Source: Cyanophora paradoxa CCMP329
Taxonomy: Eukaryota > Plantae > Glaucophyta
Direction: 5' to 3'
DNA length: 64,000 nt
Assembly (NCBI GenBank): GCA_004431415.1
Contig: QPMI01000049.1
Location: 124,001 to 188,000, forward strand
The notes under the pieces are model-generated. The model worked only from the letters and a program-made list of their open reading frames with translations, had not been told where the DNA came from and made no database searches. Positions 63,501 to 64,000 of this stretch are shown here, piece by piece. Each line of letters begins with the position of its first letter. Position 1 is the first letter of the stretch. The position numbers and the translations under genes were made by a program.

Positions 63501-64000
63501 CTCGTGCTTCGAAACGTGCGCGTGCACGTGTTGATTCGTTCATGTCCTCTCTTTCGATGCTCTCTTTCGCGCGCTAGGCGCTGAGGCTCCCGCCGGATCT
63601 CCTGGCGGAGCTCATCGCGCCAAGCGGGGCGTCGGGGACCGGGGGCTCCCCCGCGGCGGCCGCGCCCCAAAGCGTTGGCCATGGGCGGCCGTCGTCGCTT
63701 GCGTCGACATCCGCCTCTGCAGGGGTCGGGCAGAATGTGCGACTTACTTTAGTAGTATTTATGATGTTTTAATCCACCGCAGAGGATCCTTTAACTTAGT
63801 AGTAATAACTTCAACTGTCTGATTTGTCCGCGCGCGCAGGTCGTCATCGGTGTCGCCGTGGCCGTTGCGGCGGCTGCGGCCGCCGCCCTGGTCGGCGCCG
63901 CGCTCGCCATCCGGGCGCGGCGGGCTACTCGGGCGCGGTTCGAGCTCTTCGTCCCGGGCAGCGACGTGAACGTAGACAAGGGCGGCTCGATGTCTCCCGC
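57566..64000 (+). CDS. Large cell-surface glycoprotein: hydrophobic leader, Kelch repeats, repeated Cys-containing beta domains, Pro/Ser stalk, TM helix; 3' end outside the window
   Basis: Leader SAIGFIVIALLVHVW; Kelch-like PEPRFYSSGV, GRAFHCSTFYNSSLW|VVGG, SPRFWAACARSGSQFFIAGG; many NxS/T sites; TM VVIGVAVAVAAAAAAALVGAALAIRARR near 63840-63920. Confidence 0.65.
60069..62269 (+). repeat. Near-identical intragenic duplication of about 720 bp (60069-60788 and 61547-62269) including a 110-nt intron
   Basis: Direct comparison shows scattered substitutions and one 3-nt indel; the intron 60391-60500 is also near-identical. Confidence 0.95.

Noticed and set aside
1-64000. Stop-codon reassignment or non-GT/GC intron boundaries
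   Set aside because: The conserved genes I traced can be spliced with GT-AG or GC-AG under the standard code, and TAA, TAG and TGA all occur as true stops.

Overview
Gene-dense, GC-rich eukaryotic nuclear DNA with many short (mostly 50-110 nt) spliceosomal introns, so the ORF track is fragmentary; I rebuilt gene models by hand from splice sites and protein motifs. An axonemal dynein plus a TypA/BipA with an N-terminal 'AAFV' plastid transit peptide point to a flagellated alga with a primary plastid, most likely a glaucophyte such as Cyanophora (inference). Genes in order: RFT1 (5'-truncated), RPL5 and RPL14 head-to-head, a mitochondrion-targeted short-chain rubrerythrin of bacterial type, a TAF15/FET RNA-binding protein, a LURP-one-related protein, an SSXT + WD40 protein, a CCDC142-like protein, plastid TypA, a RING-pseudokinase-ubiquitin-like fusion, an ABCB-type half transporter with a cNMP-like domain, STRAP, two hypothetical proteins, inner-arm dynein DNAH10 and a large Kelch/repeat surface protein (3'-truncated). 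Main points of interest: a candidate U12 (minor-spliceosome) intron in RPL5, an unusual GTSCGC donor consensus with frequent GC-AG introns, three unusual domain fusions, a perfect 172-bp copy of an RFT1 exon, six compact divergent gene pairs (five with a GGGTAC/GTACCC word), and non-coding DNA patched with locally amplified short palindromes. No CRISPR array, tRNA or rRNA was recognised.
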